Origin: an uncultured Verrucomicrobiae bacterium
GTDB lineage: Bacteria; Verrucomicrobiota; Verrucomicrobiia; Chthoniobacterales; Chthoniobacteraceae
NCBI GenBank assembly: GCA_963769025.1
Contig: CAVYKI010000003.1
Span: forward strand, 544,001-608,000
DNA length: 64,000 nt
Reading direction: 5' to 3'
Shown piece after piece: positions 9,957-23,262 of this stretch; the first letter of the stretch is position 1, and each line of letters opens with the position of its first letter. The translations under genes were made by a program, and so were the position numbers. A model generated the notes under the pieces. It was not told the origin of the DNA, ran no database searches, and was given only the letters and a program-made list of their open reading frames with translations.

Positions 9957-11633
9957 GTGGCCGGTCTGCGCGCTGCCTCCTGTGCGCTGCTGATGTGCGG
10001 CGGTCCCGCATACGCGGCGGACCCGGTGCTGACTCATCTGAATCCCGTCGCCGGACAGCAGGGCACGACAGTCTCCGTCACGGCGGCCGGAAAGTGGGAC
10101 GCATGGCCGCCGCAGGTCTGGGTGGATGCGCCCGGCATCACTTTCAAACCCGGCAAGACGGCGGGGAAATTCGACGTGGAGATCGCAAAGGACGCCGCTC
10201 CGGGACCGCACCTTGTCCGGCTTTTCGACGCAGGGGGCGCATCGGCTCCGCGCTTTTTCATCGTCTCGCGCGAACCGCAGACTCTCGAAGCCGAGCCGAA
10301 CGACGAATTCCGCGCGCCGCAGAAAATCGCAAGCCTGCCCGCGACGATCAGCGGCCGGCTCGACAAGGCCGGCGACGTGGATTCGTTCGCCGTGACGCTG
10401 AAGCGCGGCCAGACGCTCGTCGCGCGGGTCGAGGCGTACGTGCTCGCGTCCACCTTCGACGGGATGCTCCGCATCACGGACACCGACGGCAACGTGCTCG
10501 CCTTCAATCACGACGGCCGCACGCTCGATCCCTTCCTCGCGTGGACCGCTCCGCGCGACGGCACGTTCGTCGTGCAGACGATGGGCTTCGTGTATCCGGC
10601 CACCTCCGGCGTGGGCTTCACCGGCGGCGACGGCTGCGTGTATCGGCTGCATCTCACCGCCGGGCCGTTTGTGCGCCACACGCTCCCGCTCGCCATCGGC
10701 CGGGGAAAGAAGACACCTGTGGAACTCATCGGGTGGAATCTCGCTTCGCCACACGCGGAGATCGACGGCACACGTTTCGCCGCGGAGACGACGACCGCGG
10801 AACTCGGTCTGCCGGGTGTCGCCTCCGACATGCCGGTGACGATCAGCGACATACCCGAGATTTTGGAAAAGGAACCAAACGACACCGCCGCCACGGCACA
10901 GGCGGTCGACGTCCCAGTCGGCATCTCGGGTCGCATCCATCGCGCGAACGACGAGGACCGCGTCGCGTTCACCGCCGTGAAAGGGCGTGCCTACGCGTTC
11001 AAGGTGACGGCGTCACGCATCGGCTCAACGCTCGATGCGTGGCTGAGGATCGAAAACAAGGACGGCAAGCAGCTCGCGACCAATGACGACGCGGGCGGCT
11101 CTCGCGATCCCGACCTCACGTGGACGGCGCCGGCTGATGGCGCCTACACGGTCGCCATCGGCGACGTCTCCCACCACGGCGGCGATGATTACCTCTACCG
11201 CCTCGCGATCACCGAGGCCGCGCCATGGGTCACGGCGACGCTCGCCGTTCACTCGCTCAGCGTGCAGGCCGGGAAGACCTCCGAGCTGAAGGTGACCGTC
11301 AAGCGCACGAACGGGTTCAAGGTGAAGCTCCAACTCGCGGCAAAGGATCTCCCGGAGGGCGTGACCGCGCCGCCCGTGGATGTGCCGGACAAAGACGGCG
11401 AGGTGACGTTGAAAATCATCGCCGACGTCATGACCAAGACCGCGAGCCAGCCGTTCACCATCGTCCTTCGCGAAACGGAGTCCGGCACCGAGCACGCCGC
11501 GCGATTTTTCATGACGACCGGTTCGGAAAACAACGGCGTGCCGCAGGGCCACACGGAACTGTTCATTTCCTCGACCGATCATCCCTGGCTCACCGTCCTC
11601 ACCGAGCTGGCGAAGCCCGAGCCGAAAAAGTGA
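9957..11633 (+). CDS. PPC (pre-peptidase C-terminal) repeat protein, typical DUF1501 partner
   Basis: Intact 558 aa. P.AGQQGTTV.V, two E.EPND repeats each followed by ISGR...DVD/DED.F, NDD..GSRDP.L, YRL. No protease catalytic domain recognised. Confidence 0.82.
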   Translation: MAGLRAASCALLMCGGPAYAADPVLTHLNPVAGQQGTTVSVTAAGKWDAWPPQVWVDAPGITFKPGKTAGKFDVEIAKDAAPGPHLVRLFDAGGASAPRFFIVSREPQTLEAEPNDEFRAPQKIASLPATISGRLDKAGDVDSFAVTLKRGQTLVARVEAYVLASTFDGMLRITDTDGNVLAFNHDGRTLDPFLAWTAPRDGTFVVQTMGFVYPATSGVGFTGGDGCVYRLHLTAGPFVRHTLPLAIGRGKKTPVELIGWNLASPHAEIDGTRFAAETTTAELGLPGVASDMPVTISDIPEILEKEPNDTAATAQAVDVPVGISGRIHRANDEDRVAFTAVKGRAYAFKVTASRIGSTLDAWLRIENKDGKQLATNDDAGGSRDPDLTWTAPADGAYTVAIGDVSHHGGDDYLYRLAITEAAPWVTATLAVHSLSVQAGKTSELKVTVKRTNGFKVKLQLAAKDLPEGVTAPPVDVPDKDGEVTLKIIADVMTKTASQPFTIVLRETESGTEHAARFFMTTGSENNGVPQGHTELFISSTDHPWLTVLTELAKPEPKK

Positions 11634-11741
11634 CGCCGACTTTGGCCTGAGGAACATCGGTGCCTCGGCCGGTCTGGAGATGGGGAATTGCACGCGTCAA
11701 CGCGACAGGCATACGGTCACGGAAACCTGAGCAATCTCCCC

Positions 11742-13215
11742 ATGCGCATCCTTTACTCCATCGCGATCGCGCTGATCGCCGCCCGTTCATTTGCAGCCGA
11801 GATCCCCCTGCCCGATCAGGCCCGCGTCGCGCTGGAAAAGGCTGACGGCCTACATGCGTTCCATCTCCACCGAGGGCGGCTACCTCTGGAAATACTCGCT
11901 TGACCTCACGGAGCGCGCCGGCGAGGCGAAGGCGACGGCGACGCAGGTGTGGATTCAGCCGCCGGGCACGCCGACGATGGGCATGACATTCCTGCGCGCC
12001 TACGAGGCGACGAAGGATGCCCGCCACCTCGATTCCGCGAAGGCCGCGGCGGACGCCCTCGCGAAGGGGCAGTTGGAGTCCGGCGGATGGGACTATCTGA
12101 TCGATTTCGACCCGGAGAAAATGAAGCTGTCCTATCTCCGCAGCGACGCCGGGAAAATTTCGCCAAGTGAGATCGCGAAACGGAAGAACGTGACCACCTT
12201 CGACGATAACACGACGCAGAGCGCACTGCAGTTCCTGCTCGCCATCGCGGACATGATGAATGGCGAAGGCGATGCCCGCGATGCGCGCATCCGTGAGGCA
12301 CTCGGCTACGGGCTGAAGAAAATGATCGAGGCGCAATATCCGAACGGCGCGTGGCCGCAGCGTTGGCGCGGTGAAGCGCACTCGGTGGCGGATTTTCCCA
12401 TCGTGAAGGCGCGCTACCCGGAGAACTACCCGCGCGAGCATCCCAAGACGAACTACCACGCGCATTACACGCTCAACGACGACACGCACATCGACTGCAT
12501 CTCGACGATGCTCGACGCATTCCACCGCACGGCGAAGCGCGAGTGTCTCGAAGCGGCGAAACGCGGCGGCGATTTCCTGATCCTCGCGCAGATGCCCGAG
12601 CCGCAACCCGTCTGGGCGCAGCAATACAACGCGCAGATGGAGCCCGCGTGGGCGCGCGCATTTGAGCCGCCGAGCGTGTCAGGAAACGAAAGCGCGGGCG
12701 CGATGCAGGCGCTCTTGGATCTCCATATCGAGACCGGGGAAGAAAAATTCCTGAAGCCGCTGCCGGCGGCGATCGCGTGGTTCAAGCGCAGCGAAATCGC
12801 GCCTGGAACATGGGCACGGTACTACGAACTCCGGACGGACAAACAGCTCTTTGGCGACCGCGACGGGAAGATCTACTACCGGCTGCAGGACATCACCGAA
12901 GAGCGCCAGCACGGCTACTCATGGCAGGGCGACTACCGCGTGCCTCGGATCCTCGCATTCCACGAGAAGCTCCAGCAGAAGGGACGCGAGGCATTGCTCA
13001 AGGAGCGCGACGCAAAGGGTGCGAAGAAAAAAGCGTCCTCGAAATCCCTCGAGCCACGCGTGCGGGAGATCATCGCCTCGCTGGACGAAAATGGGCGCTG
13101 GGTGACAAAGGGCCAGCTCAAGCGCCGTGGCTCGGAGTTGGACGACTTCGTGGAAACGGAGGTCTTCACGAAAAACGTCCGCGTGCTCTGCGACTACCTC
13201 GAATCCGCGAGATAG
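11742..13215 (+). CDS. Pectate lyase-like protein (PL10 / Pec_lyase family); frameshift near 11840
   Basis: Signal peptide MRILYSIAIALIAARSFA. Motifs TTFDDNTT, AQYPNGAWPQ, YTLNDD, WAQQY...ARAFEPPS, WARYYE. Confidence 0.75.
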
Positions 13216-13326
13216 GAACGGAGACAGAGTGCCGCGGCTTTCATGCCGCCCCGGCAAGCCACCCGACGTGCCGGCAAAAAGCCGACTCGTAGGCGTGTCG
13301 GTGGCGGGTTGTTATCAGGGCAATCC

Positions 13327-16300
13327 ATGAACTTCCGCCCGGCACTCGTCCCTTCGTCCGCGATGATGGCAGTGATGTGTTTTGGCAGCGCCAGTGCGGT
13401 GGATTTCGAGAGAGAGGTCCGCCCGATTCTCTCCGAGTACTGCAACACGTGTCACTCGACGACAAAACAGAAGGGCGATCTGGATTTGGAGCGGTTCACA
13501 TCGATGGCCGAAGTGAAGAAGCATCCGCGGATTTGGGAAGGAGTGCTGGAGCAGCTCGCGAGCAAGGAGATGCCGCCGACGAAGGAGCCTCAACCGTCCG
13601 GAGAACAGAACGCCACGCTGACGGCGTGGGTGCAGGCAACGCTGGATGAAATCGCGCTGGCGAATGCAGGTGACCCGGGACCGGTGGTGCTGCGGCGGCT
13701 TTCGAATGCGGAATTTACCTACACCATCCGCGACCTCACGGGCGTGCCGGCGCTCGATCCCGCACGGGAATTTCCAGCAGATGGAGCGGCAGGCGAAGGC
13801 TTCACCAACGCGGGCGCAGCGCTCGTGATGTCGCCCGGCCTGCTGGCGAAGTATCTCGATGCGGCCAAGGAGGTCGCGAATCACGCGGTGCTGCAACCGG
13901 ATGGTATCCGCTTTTCCCCGCACACGACACCGCGCGACTGGACGGACGAGACGCTTGGGAAGATCCGCGAATTCTACGGGCGCTTCAGCGAGACCGGCGG
14001 CGCGACGCCCGTGAATCTCCAAGGCATCAAATTTGACACGAATGCCGGAGGGCGGCTGCCGTTGCAGAAATATCTGGCGGCGACCCTCGAAGAGCGGGAC
14101 GCGTTGAGCACAGGAGCGAAGAAGATCAGCGCCGTGGCCACCGAACGCGGACTGAACGCGAAGTATCTCGGGCTGCTGTGGGGGATGTTCCAAGACACGA
14201 AACCCTCGCTGGTGCTCGATTCACTCCGCGCGAAGTGGCGCGACGGCAAACTCACGGCGGCCGACATCGAGGCATGGCAGCAGTCGCTGTGGCGCTTCGC
14301 GAGCGTGGGGCACATCGGCAAGAAAGACGGACCGAAAGGCTGGCAGGAACCGGTGACACCGCTCGCTGCACAGCATGAAATGCGCGTGAAATTGACGGCT
14401 CCCACGGATGGTCGCGACGTGACCGTGTATCTCTCCGCCAGCGATGCCGGCGACGGCAGCGCGCATGACTTTGCGCTCTGGGAAAATGCACGCCTCGCGG
14501 CCAAGGGGCGGCCGGATGTCAGCCTCCGCGATGTACCCGGGATGGATCGCGCCCTGTTCGGGCGGCATCCGGACGGCAGCGAGGTCGCGGCGACGTCGAT
14601 CTCCGTGCAAGCGCCATCGGTGCTCGAAGTGCGTGTGCCAGCATCGTTCGCAAAGGACGCCGAGCTGGTGGTGACAGGCCGGCTGCATCCCTCCGGCGGC
14701 CCGGAAGGCAGCGTGCAGATGCAGGTGCTGACCTCAAAGCCGGACAGCCTTTCCAGCATCGCCGCGAGCAAGGCGGAATCGGCCACTGCGAAAGGCCAGT
14801 GGTCCGACAACAACCTGCGCACCAGCTTCAGCGCACCGGTGCTCGTGAACGACGGGAGCGCAGCGCGGCAGCGCTTTGAAACGGCGTTCGATGACTTCCG
14901 CGGGCTGTTTCCCGGCCGCGCTCTGCTACACGAAGATCGTGCCGGTGGATGAAGTCGTGACGCTCACGCTTTTTTATCGCGAAGACGAGCAGCTGAAGCG
15001 GCTGATGCTCGACGATGCGCAGTCGGCGGCGCTCGACCGGTTGTGGGATGAGTTGCGTTTTGTCAGCGAGGCGCCGCTGAAGCAGGTGGATGTGTTCGAG
15101 CAGCTCTATCAGTTCGCCACGCAGGACGCGAACCCGAGCGCGTTCGAGCCCATGCGCGAGCCGATCCTGCAGCGGCGCCGAGGCATTCAAGAAGCGGCTC
15201 ATCGCAGTCGAGCCCGTGCATGTGCAGGCTGTGCTCGAGTTCGCGCAATCGCGCCTGGCGGCGTCCGCTGACCGACGGCGGAGCAATCGCGAGTTGCGCG
15301 CGCTTTACCAGAAGCTGCGCGCAGCAGGAACTGCCGCACGCCGCCGCCGTGCGCATGCTGCTCGCCCGGGTCCTGGTCGCACCGGCGTTCCTGTATCGCG
15401 GTGAAAGGCCGGCGCCCGGACCTGAACGCCACACCGGTGAACGACTGGGAGCTGGCGACGCGCCTGAGCTATTTCCTCTGGTCCTCCGCACCGGACGATG
15501 AACTGCGCGCGCTCGCCGCATCCGGCACTCTGCACGATCCCGACGTGCTGACCGCGCAGATGCGCCGCATGATGAAGGACGACAAGGTCCGCCGCGCTAG
15601 CGACCGAGTTTGGCTGCCAGTGGCTGCACGTCCGCGACCTCGAAACGCTCGATGAAAAGAGCGAACGGCATTTCCCGACATTCGTCGCCCTGCGCAGCGC
15701 ATATGCAGGAGGAAGTCAGTGCGTTTCTTCATCGATCTGTTCCAGGAAGATCGTTCCGTGCTCTCGCTGCTCGATGCCGATCACAGTTTCGTGAACGGCG
15801 CGCTCGCGAAGCACTACGGCATCGACGTCGAAAGCCGACGACTGGCAGCGCGTCGACGGGCTGCGCGCCCGAGGCCGCGGCGGCATCCTCGGCTTCGCCG
15901 GCACGCTCGCCAAACAAAGCGGCGCCTCGCGCACCAGCCCCATCCTGCGCGGCAACTGGGTCAGCGAAGTCGTGCTCGGCGAGAAGCTGCCGCGACCGCC
16001 GAAAGGCGTGCCCGTTCTGCCCGAGGAAGCGCCCGCAGGGTCTCACCGAACGGCAGCTGATCGAACGCCACAGCAGCGACGCGCAGTGTGCGAGCTGCCA
16101 TCAGCGCATCGATCCTTTCGGCTTCGCGCTCGAAGGCTTCGACGCCATCGGCCGGGCCCGCACCAAGGACGCGGCGGGCCTCGCCATCGACACCCAGGCG
16201 AAGCTGGCCGACGGCACGGAAATCGACGGGCTCGACGGCCTCCGCACCTATCTTCTCAGCGATCGCCGCGACGATTTTCTGCGCGCAGTTCTGCCGCAAA

Positions 16301-16475
16301 CTCCTCGGCTATGCCCTCGGACGCAGCGTGCAACTTTCCGACAAACCATTGCTCGACCGCGATGCTGGCCCAGCTCAACGCGACCGATTACCGTGTCGGC
16401 ACCGCCATCGAGCTGATCGTCCACAGCCCGCAGTTCCGCGAAGTGCGCGGGCGGGATTTCGACACGCAGCAATAG
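13327..16475 (+). CDS. DUF1592-family multidomain heme-c protein (cytochrome c, DUF1587, DUF1595, DUF1592, DUF1588, DUF1585); frameshifted
   Basis: [104 protein letters not shown]. Many shifts between 14.9k and 16.4k. Confidence 0.85.
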
Positions 16476-16509
16476 CTCCGCACCCACCGCATCAACGCAA
16501 CGTCCTCCC

Positions 16510-17844
16510 ATGAATATTCATCACCACTCACGCCGCGCCTTCCTGCGCGGCATGGGCGTCACCATGGCCTTGCCGTGGCTGGAGTCCTTCAACGTCTGGG
16601 GCGACGAACCGCGCCGCAACAAGCCCGCAAGCGAAGCGCCGGTGCGGCTCGCCGTGCTGTTTTCCGGCAATGGTTTTCACTCCAAGGAATGGTGGGCGAA
16701 GGGCGAGGGCAAGGCGATGGAACTCGGCAAGGTGCTCGCGCCGCTGAGCGATTTCCGCGAGAAGCTGCTCTTCGTGCGCGGCCTCTATCACGACGAGGCG
16801 CGGAAGGGAAACATCCACAGTTCGCAGACGGGCAATCTGCTCTCCGGCGCTCCGATCGCCTCCGGCGGCGAGATTCGTTCGGGCACGAGCTTCGACCAGG
16901 TGCTCGCGCAGACGTATGGCCGCTCGACCAAGGTGCCGAGCCTCGTGCTGGCCTGCGAGCGGTCGAATCCCGTCGGTGCACAAGAACTACTCGATGCTCT
17001 ACAGCTCGCACATTTCGTGGAGTTCGCCGACCACGCCGACGCCGCTGGAGCTTTATCCCGCGCTGGCGTTCGACCGGCTGTTCAAGGACGAAGTCGCGCC
17101 CGGCGACAGGAGCGTGCTCGATGCCGTGCTGGCCGATGCCCAGGACCTGCGCCGCAACATCAGCACGCAGCGATCAGCGCAAGCTCGACGAATATCTCGA
17201 CTCCGTGCGCGACGTGGAAAAGCGCATCGAAAACGCCGGCAAGCGCGGCGAACTGCAAGGCTGGCGGCCCACGCTCGACAAGCCGAACATCGCCCGCCCC
17301 GCCGACGGCATCCCGCAGGACATCGGCGAGCACATGCGGCTGATGTGCGACATCCTCGTGCTCGGTTTCCAGACCGACACCACGCGCATCACCACGCTGA
17401 AGCTGAACAACGATCACAGCGCGCTGCGCTTCCCGAATCTGCCGAGCGTGCAGCAGGCCGGGCCACGGCATCGACTACATGATCCATCACCTGCTCTCGC
17501 ACACCGACGGCGACGACTGGCTGAAGGTGAACCAGTTCTTCATGGAGCAGACTCGCCTACCTCGCCCGCAAGCTCGACGCCATCCAGGAAGGCCCGCGCA
17601 CGTTGCTCGACAACACCATGCTCTGCACTGCTCCAGCATGATGGCCGGCGCGAAGCACGACAACGACCAGCTCCCGGTCATCCTGCTCGGCGGCGCGGGC
17701 GGACGCATCAAGGGCGGCCGCGTGCTCGACTACAAGGACAAGCCCGAGCGCCAGATCTGCCGACTGTTCATGTCGATGATGGACAAGATGGACGTGCGCC
17801 CGAAGACCTTCGGCGATGCGAAGGCGCCGCTGGAGGAAGTTTAA
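16510..17844 (+). CDS. DUF1552 family protein (twin-arginine N-terminus); frameshifted
   Basis: SRRAFLRGMGVTMALPWLES, SFDQVLA..TKVPSLVL, ISWSSPTTPTPLE..AFDRLF, KLDEYLDSVRDVEKRI, FQTDTTRI, HHLLSH, LPVILLGG. Confidence 0.88.
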
Positions 17845-17877
17845 GGAACCAGTTGGCTCCAAGCGCGCACCGCCCGC

Positions 17878-19333
17878 TCAGGCGAGGAGCGCCTTCACGA
17901 CTTCGCCGGCGACGTCCGTGAGGCGGTAGTCGCGGCCTTCGTGGCGGAAGGTCAGCTGCTTGTGATCGACGCCGAGGAGGTGGAGCAGCGTGGCGTGGAG
18001 GTCGTGCACATGCACGGGATCGCGGACGATGTTGTAGCCGAAGTCGTCGGTCTCGCCGTGGACGTAGCCGCGCTTGATGCCGCCGCCGGCCATCCAGATC
18101 GTGAAGCAGCGCGGATGATGGTCGCGGCCAAAGCTGTCCGGCTTGATCTCGCCCTGGCAGTACGCGGTGCGGCCAAATTCGCCGCCCCAGATCACGAGCG
18201 TGTCGTCGAGCAGCCCGCGCTGTTTCAGATCGGTGATGAGCGCGGCGGCGCCCTGATCGGTCTCCTTGCACTTCGTCGGGAGACCCTTCGGCAGGCCGCC
18301 GTGGTGATCCCAGTCGCGATGGCAGAGCTGGATGAAGCGCACGTCGCGCTCGGCGAGGCGGCGGGCGAGCAGGCAGTTGTTGGCGAAGCTGACGGCTTGC
18401 CCGGCGTCGCGCCGTAGAGGTCGAGCACTTCCTTCGGCTCCTTCGAGATGTCCATCAGTTCGGGCACGCTGGTCTGCATGCGGAAGGCCAGTTCGTAGTT
18501 CTCGATCTGCGCGGCGATCGCCGGATCGCCGAGTTCGCCGAGCGCGACGCGGTTGAGCTCGTTCGTCGCGTCGATGAGCTGGCGGCGCGTGGTGCCGCTC
18601 ATGCCCGGCGGATTCGAGATGAAGAGCACGGGTCGCCGGCATTGCGGAACTGCACGCCGCCGTACTGCGCCGGCAGGAAGCCGCTGCCCCAGTAGCGCGA
18701 CTGCAGCGTCTGCCCGCCGCCGCCGCTGGTCAGCACGACGAAGGACGGCAGGTCGCGATTCGTCGCTGCCGAGGCCGTAGGCGAGCCACGCGCCCATCGT
18801 CGGGCGGCCCGGCTGCTGGTTGCCGGTGGCGAAAAAGGTGACGGCCGGATCGTGATTGATCGGATCGGTGAAGATCGAGCGGACGAAGGTGCAGTCGTCC
18901 ACGATCTTCGCGAGGTTCGGCAGCAGCTCCGAGATGTCCATGCCGGCCTTGCCGTACTTCGCAAACTTGAACGGCGATCCGACGCAGAACAGGTTCTTCT
19001 GCCCGCTCGTCATCGTCGGTGATGCGCTGGCCCTTGCGGACGCTGTCCGGCAGATCCTTGCCGGTCATCTCGGTGAGCTTCGGCTTCGGATCGAACAGAT
19101 CGAGGTGCGACGGCGCGCCTGACATGAAGAGGTAGATGATGCGCTTCGCCTTCGGCGCGAAGTGCAGGCGCTTCAGCGCACCGGGCACGGCAGCGCCAGT
19201 GCCGGCGTCCATCGCGAAAAGATCCGGATTCAGCAGCGAGGTCAGCGCGAGCGCGCCGAGACCGGTGCTGCTTTGCTGGAGAAAAGTGCGGCGCGTGATG
19301 CGTGCGGCGCTGTTCGGGCGTGAGTTCGTCCAT
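17878..19333 (-). CDS. DUF1501 family protein; frameshifted
   Basis: [88 protein letters not shown]. Confidence 0.9.
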
Positions 19334-19337
19334 GGCG

Positions 19338-22300
19338 TCAGTTCGAGATCGTTTCGTTCAGGTTCAGCAGGACATTCGCGACCGCCGTCCACGCGGCGAG
19401 CTCGCTGTCGTCGACGTCCGCGGGCTTCGGCGAGGTCGCCGACTTTCACCAGCGCCGCGGCCGCGGCCTTGTCCTGCGTGTAGGTCGCGAGCTGCGTTTC
19501 GAGCGTCGTGCCGAGGATGGCGATTTCCCTGTCCGTCGGCGGATCGCGAGAGCGCAGTGCGCCAGGCGAAGCGCAGCCGCGCGGCATCGTCGGCTGCCGC
19601 CTTCCTTGAGGATGCGCTGCGCGAAGGCGCGCGCAGCTTCGACGAAGACCGGGTCGTTCATCAGCACGAGCGATTGCAGCGGCGTGCTCGTGCGTGCGCG
19701 CTGCGCGCTGCAAAACTCCCGCGTCGGCGCGTCGAGCGTGATGAAGGACGGATAGACCGTCGAGCGGCGCCAATAGACGTAGAGCCCGCGCCGGTAGAGT
19801 CTCGTCGCCCTTCGACTTTGCGTACTTGTAGCCGCTCATTTCGTTGATCTCCCAAGTGCCCGGCGGCTGCGCGGGCTTGAAGCTTTTGCCGCCGAGCTGC
19901 GGATTCAGAATGCCGGCGACCGCGAGCGCATTGTCGCGGAGAAACTCGGCGTCGAGCCGCTGGCGCGGGCCGCGCGCGAGCAGCCGGTTCTCGCCGTCCT
20001 TTTCGAGGAGCTTCGGCGAGACCTTCGCGGACTGGCGGTAGGTCGCGCACATCACGATCTGCTTGAGCGCGCGCTTCACGTCCCAGTCGCGCATGAAGTC
20101 CGCGGCGAGCCAGTCGAGCAGCTCGGGATGGCTCGGCCATTCGCCCTGCGCGCCGAAGTCGTTCACCGTCTTCACGAGCCCGGTGCCGAAGAGCATCTTC
20201 CAAAAGCGGTTCACCGTCACGCGCGCGGTCAGCGGCTGCTCCGGCGAGACCAGCCAGCGCGCGAGGTCGAGCCGCGTGTAGCGCTCGCCATTCGCCGGCT
20301 GCGCGGCGAGCTGCGGGAAGAAACGCAGGCGCGGCCGGGCTGACCTTCTCGCCGTTCTGGTCGTACTGGCCGCGGACCTTGATGAAGGTGTCGCGCGGCT
20401 TTTCCATCTCGGACATCACCATCGTGTTCGGCATCGTCTTCTCGAAATCGCCCTTCGCCTTCCTGAGGTCGGCGACCTTTTTCTGCGCTTCGACGAAATC
20501 GACCGCCTGCGTTTCGCGGAAAAACTTCTGCAGCTGCTGCTTCTGCTCCGGCGTGCGCTTCGCGGCGGGGATTGCGGCGAGCTTGCAAGGTCTCGACGCC
20601 GCCGAGCGTATGCGATTTCGCCGGGCGTCAGCGCGCGGCTCGTAGATGCGGAGGTCATCCACGCGCCCGTTGAACGGCGGCCCCGCGCTGCCGCGGCGTC
20701 CGATGCTGAACGGCTCCGGCGTCTTGATCGTGCCGGTGAGCTTGTCGGCCTTCACCGCGGTCTTTTCCGACTGCCCGTTCACGTAAAGCTTCACGCCCGC
20801 GGCCTTGCCCGAGCCGTCGTACGTCACGGCGAAATGCAGAAACGTGTCCGCCGGCAAGTCGCGCTCGCCCTGCACGTGGATGGCGTTGTCCGGCCATTGT
20901 GGATGAGATGGACGCTCGGCTTCGTGCCGTGAAACTCCACGTCCCAGCCGCGCAGTCGCGCCGCCCTGCTCCATCTTGCCAAAAGGCGAGCCGCCCTGCG
21001 GCTTCAGCCGCAGCCAGGCCGCAGCGGTGAAAGGCTGGTCCCGCTCAAACCCGAACTGGTCGCCGTATTCGATCCAGCCCTTCCCTTCCACGCGGAAGCT
21101 CTGACCCACCGCGCCTTCGACGAACGTGCTCTCGCCTTTCAACTCGCCGTCGATTCTCTGCCCCGTCGCCATCCAAGCCGTTCGCCATCGGCATCGAGCG
21201 CGAAATCTCGACCACGGGCCCGTCGGGCTCGCGCTGCCTGCGCCGTCCGCGCCGACTTCCTTTTCCCACTCGGCCTGCCGCGCATCGAGCGTCTTCGAGA
21301 GTTCCGCGACGGCTTTCTCCGCGGCCGCCGTGTCCGCGTCGAACTTCGCGAGCTGCTGTCTTCTGCTCCGGCGTCGGCACGAGCAGGAACGGCTTCGGAT
21401 TGCGATCGCGCACGCCGTCCTTCCCGGTCTCCGGGACGTTGTGGAAGAACGAGTAGAGCTGGTAGAACTCGCTCTGCTTGATCGGGTCGTATTTGTGGTC
21501 GTGGCACTGCGCGCACCCGACGGTGAGACCGAGCCACGTCGTGCCCGTCGTCGCCACGCGATCGACGACGTAGAGGTTCAGATACTCCGCGTCGATCAGC
21601 CCGCCCTCGTCGCTCGTCATCACGTTGCGGTGGAAACCGGACGCGATCTGCTGATCGATCGTCGCGTTCGGCAGCAGATCGCCGGCGAGTTGCTCGATGG
21701 TGAACTGGTCGAACGGCATGTTCGCGTTGAACGCCTTGATCACCCACTCGCGCCAGAGCCACATGTCGCGCAGCGAATCGTTGTGGTAGCCGCTCGTGTC
21801 GCCGTAGCGCGCGAGGTCGAGCCACGGCACCGCGAGCCGTTCGCCGAAATGCGGCGACGCCAGCAGACGATCCACGACCTTCTCGTAGGCATTCGGCGCG
21901 GTGTCTTTCAGAAATGCGTCCACCTCCGCGAGCGACGGCGGCAGCCCCGTGAGGTCGAGCGAGACGCGGCGGATGAGCGCGGGCTTTTCCGCCTCGGGCG
22001 AAAGTGCGAGTCCCTCCTTTTCCAGTCGCGCGACGACGAATGCGTCGATGGGAGCCAGCGCTGCGGAGTTCGGAGTTCGGAGCGCGGGAAGCGCCGGCAC
22101 CTTCACCGGCTGAAAGGCCCAGTGACCCTGCCACTGCGCGCCTTCCTTGATCCAGCGGCGCAGCAATTCCACCTGCACGGGCTTGAGCCGCTTGTGCTCC
22201 TTCGGCGGCGGCATCTGCTCATCCTTGTCCGACGACGCGATCCGCCGGAGCACCTCGCTCTTCTCCGGGTCGCCGGGAACGATCGCCCTCTCGCCGGACT

Positions 22301-22505
22301 CCGCCTTCCCAAACGCCGACTCCTTCTCATCGAGCCGCAACCCCGCCTTGCGCTTGGCCGTATCGGGCCCGTGGCAGGTGAAACAGTTCTCCGAAAGAAT
22401 CGGCCGCATATCGCGGTTGAAATCGATCGCGGACGGCACCTCCGCGAACGTCGTGAGCGCGAGCGTGGTGAAAGTCAGCGCAGCGAGGGAAAGTTTGTCG
22501 GTCAT
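19338..22505 (-). CDS. Cytochrome c + DUF1549 + LamG + DUF1553 (PSD1) protein; frameshifted
   Basis: [60 protein letters not shown]; LamG ([22 protein letters not shown]); [46 protein letters not shown]. Confidence 0.87.
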
Positions 22506-22615
22506 CGTGATATCGGAACGAATCAACAGGCACGGGCCTCCCGATATCTTAGCCGTATTTCATCGTGAAGACAGCGCCCGCGCACTGGCAGGCAGGCGCG
22601 CCAGCCTGGGGCCTG

Positions 22616-23262
22616 CTAGAGAATGACGAAATCCAGCCCTTGATTGGCGGCCAGCGCGGGTGCGATGGCGCTGGCGCTGAAGAGGCGAATGTCGGTGTCG
22701 GCGCTGTTGCCCGCGTACGTCACCGTGCGGGAGCATGCGGTGCCCAGATCCGCGGATGAGGGAAGCGCGTGGTGCCCAGCGAGAGATGCCGTGCGGTGAA
22801 ATGGTTTCCGCCCTGCGCGATGATGTTGTCGGTGAAGTGCGCGCTCGCCCACACAGCGACCGGGCCCTTGCCGGCTTGGAGAACCTTGCGGAGCGCAGCC
22901 AGTGATGTGTCGTCGGCCGCGATCCGGGCGAATGCATTCCCACGGACCTGGAGGGTGCCTGCGGCGGCGGTAAATTCGATGGAGCCCTTTTTAAGGAGGG
23001 CGCTGAGCTTTTTGAGTTCATCACTGGTGAGCGGCTTGGAGGCGGGCAGTCCGCCGAGTGTCACAATGCCGGCGACCTGATTGTCCACGAGCACTGCTGT
23101 GGCGCCGAAATCCCGCAACGTGAGCGCATTTCCGACGGTGACGGTTGCGGCGCTGGCGGAGCGGATTCCCGAGAGACGGGAAGCAAGCGTGGGGCTTCTC
23201 CGACCGCCTGGATGACGTTGCCGCAGACGGTGACGCGCGAGGCGCCAGCGACGCTGAGGAGC
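22616..23262 (-). pseudogene. C-terminal fragment of a probable beta-helix protein (resembles the C-termini of DUF6519-type proteins of tail/eCIS loci); no start codon
   Basis: Three frames: ALLSVAGASRVTVCGNVI / LTLRDFGATAVLVDNQVAGIVTLGG...TLQVRGNAF...FTDNII..NHF / VTYAGNSA...AANQGLDFVIL*. Recurrent xxGN/DN turns. Family identity is from memory and needs a search. Confidence 0.45.

Noticed and set aside
9957..11633. Serine protease call for the PPC proteins
   Set aside because: No subtilase catalytic motifs were found; only PPC-type repeats.
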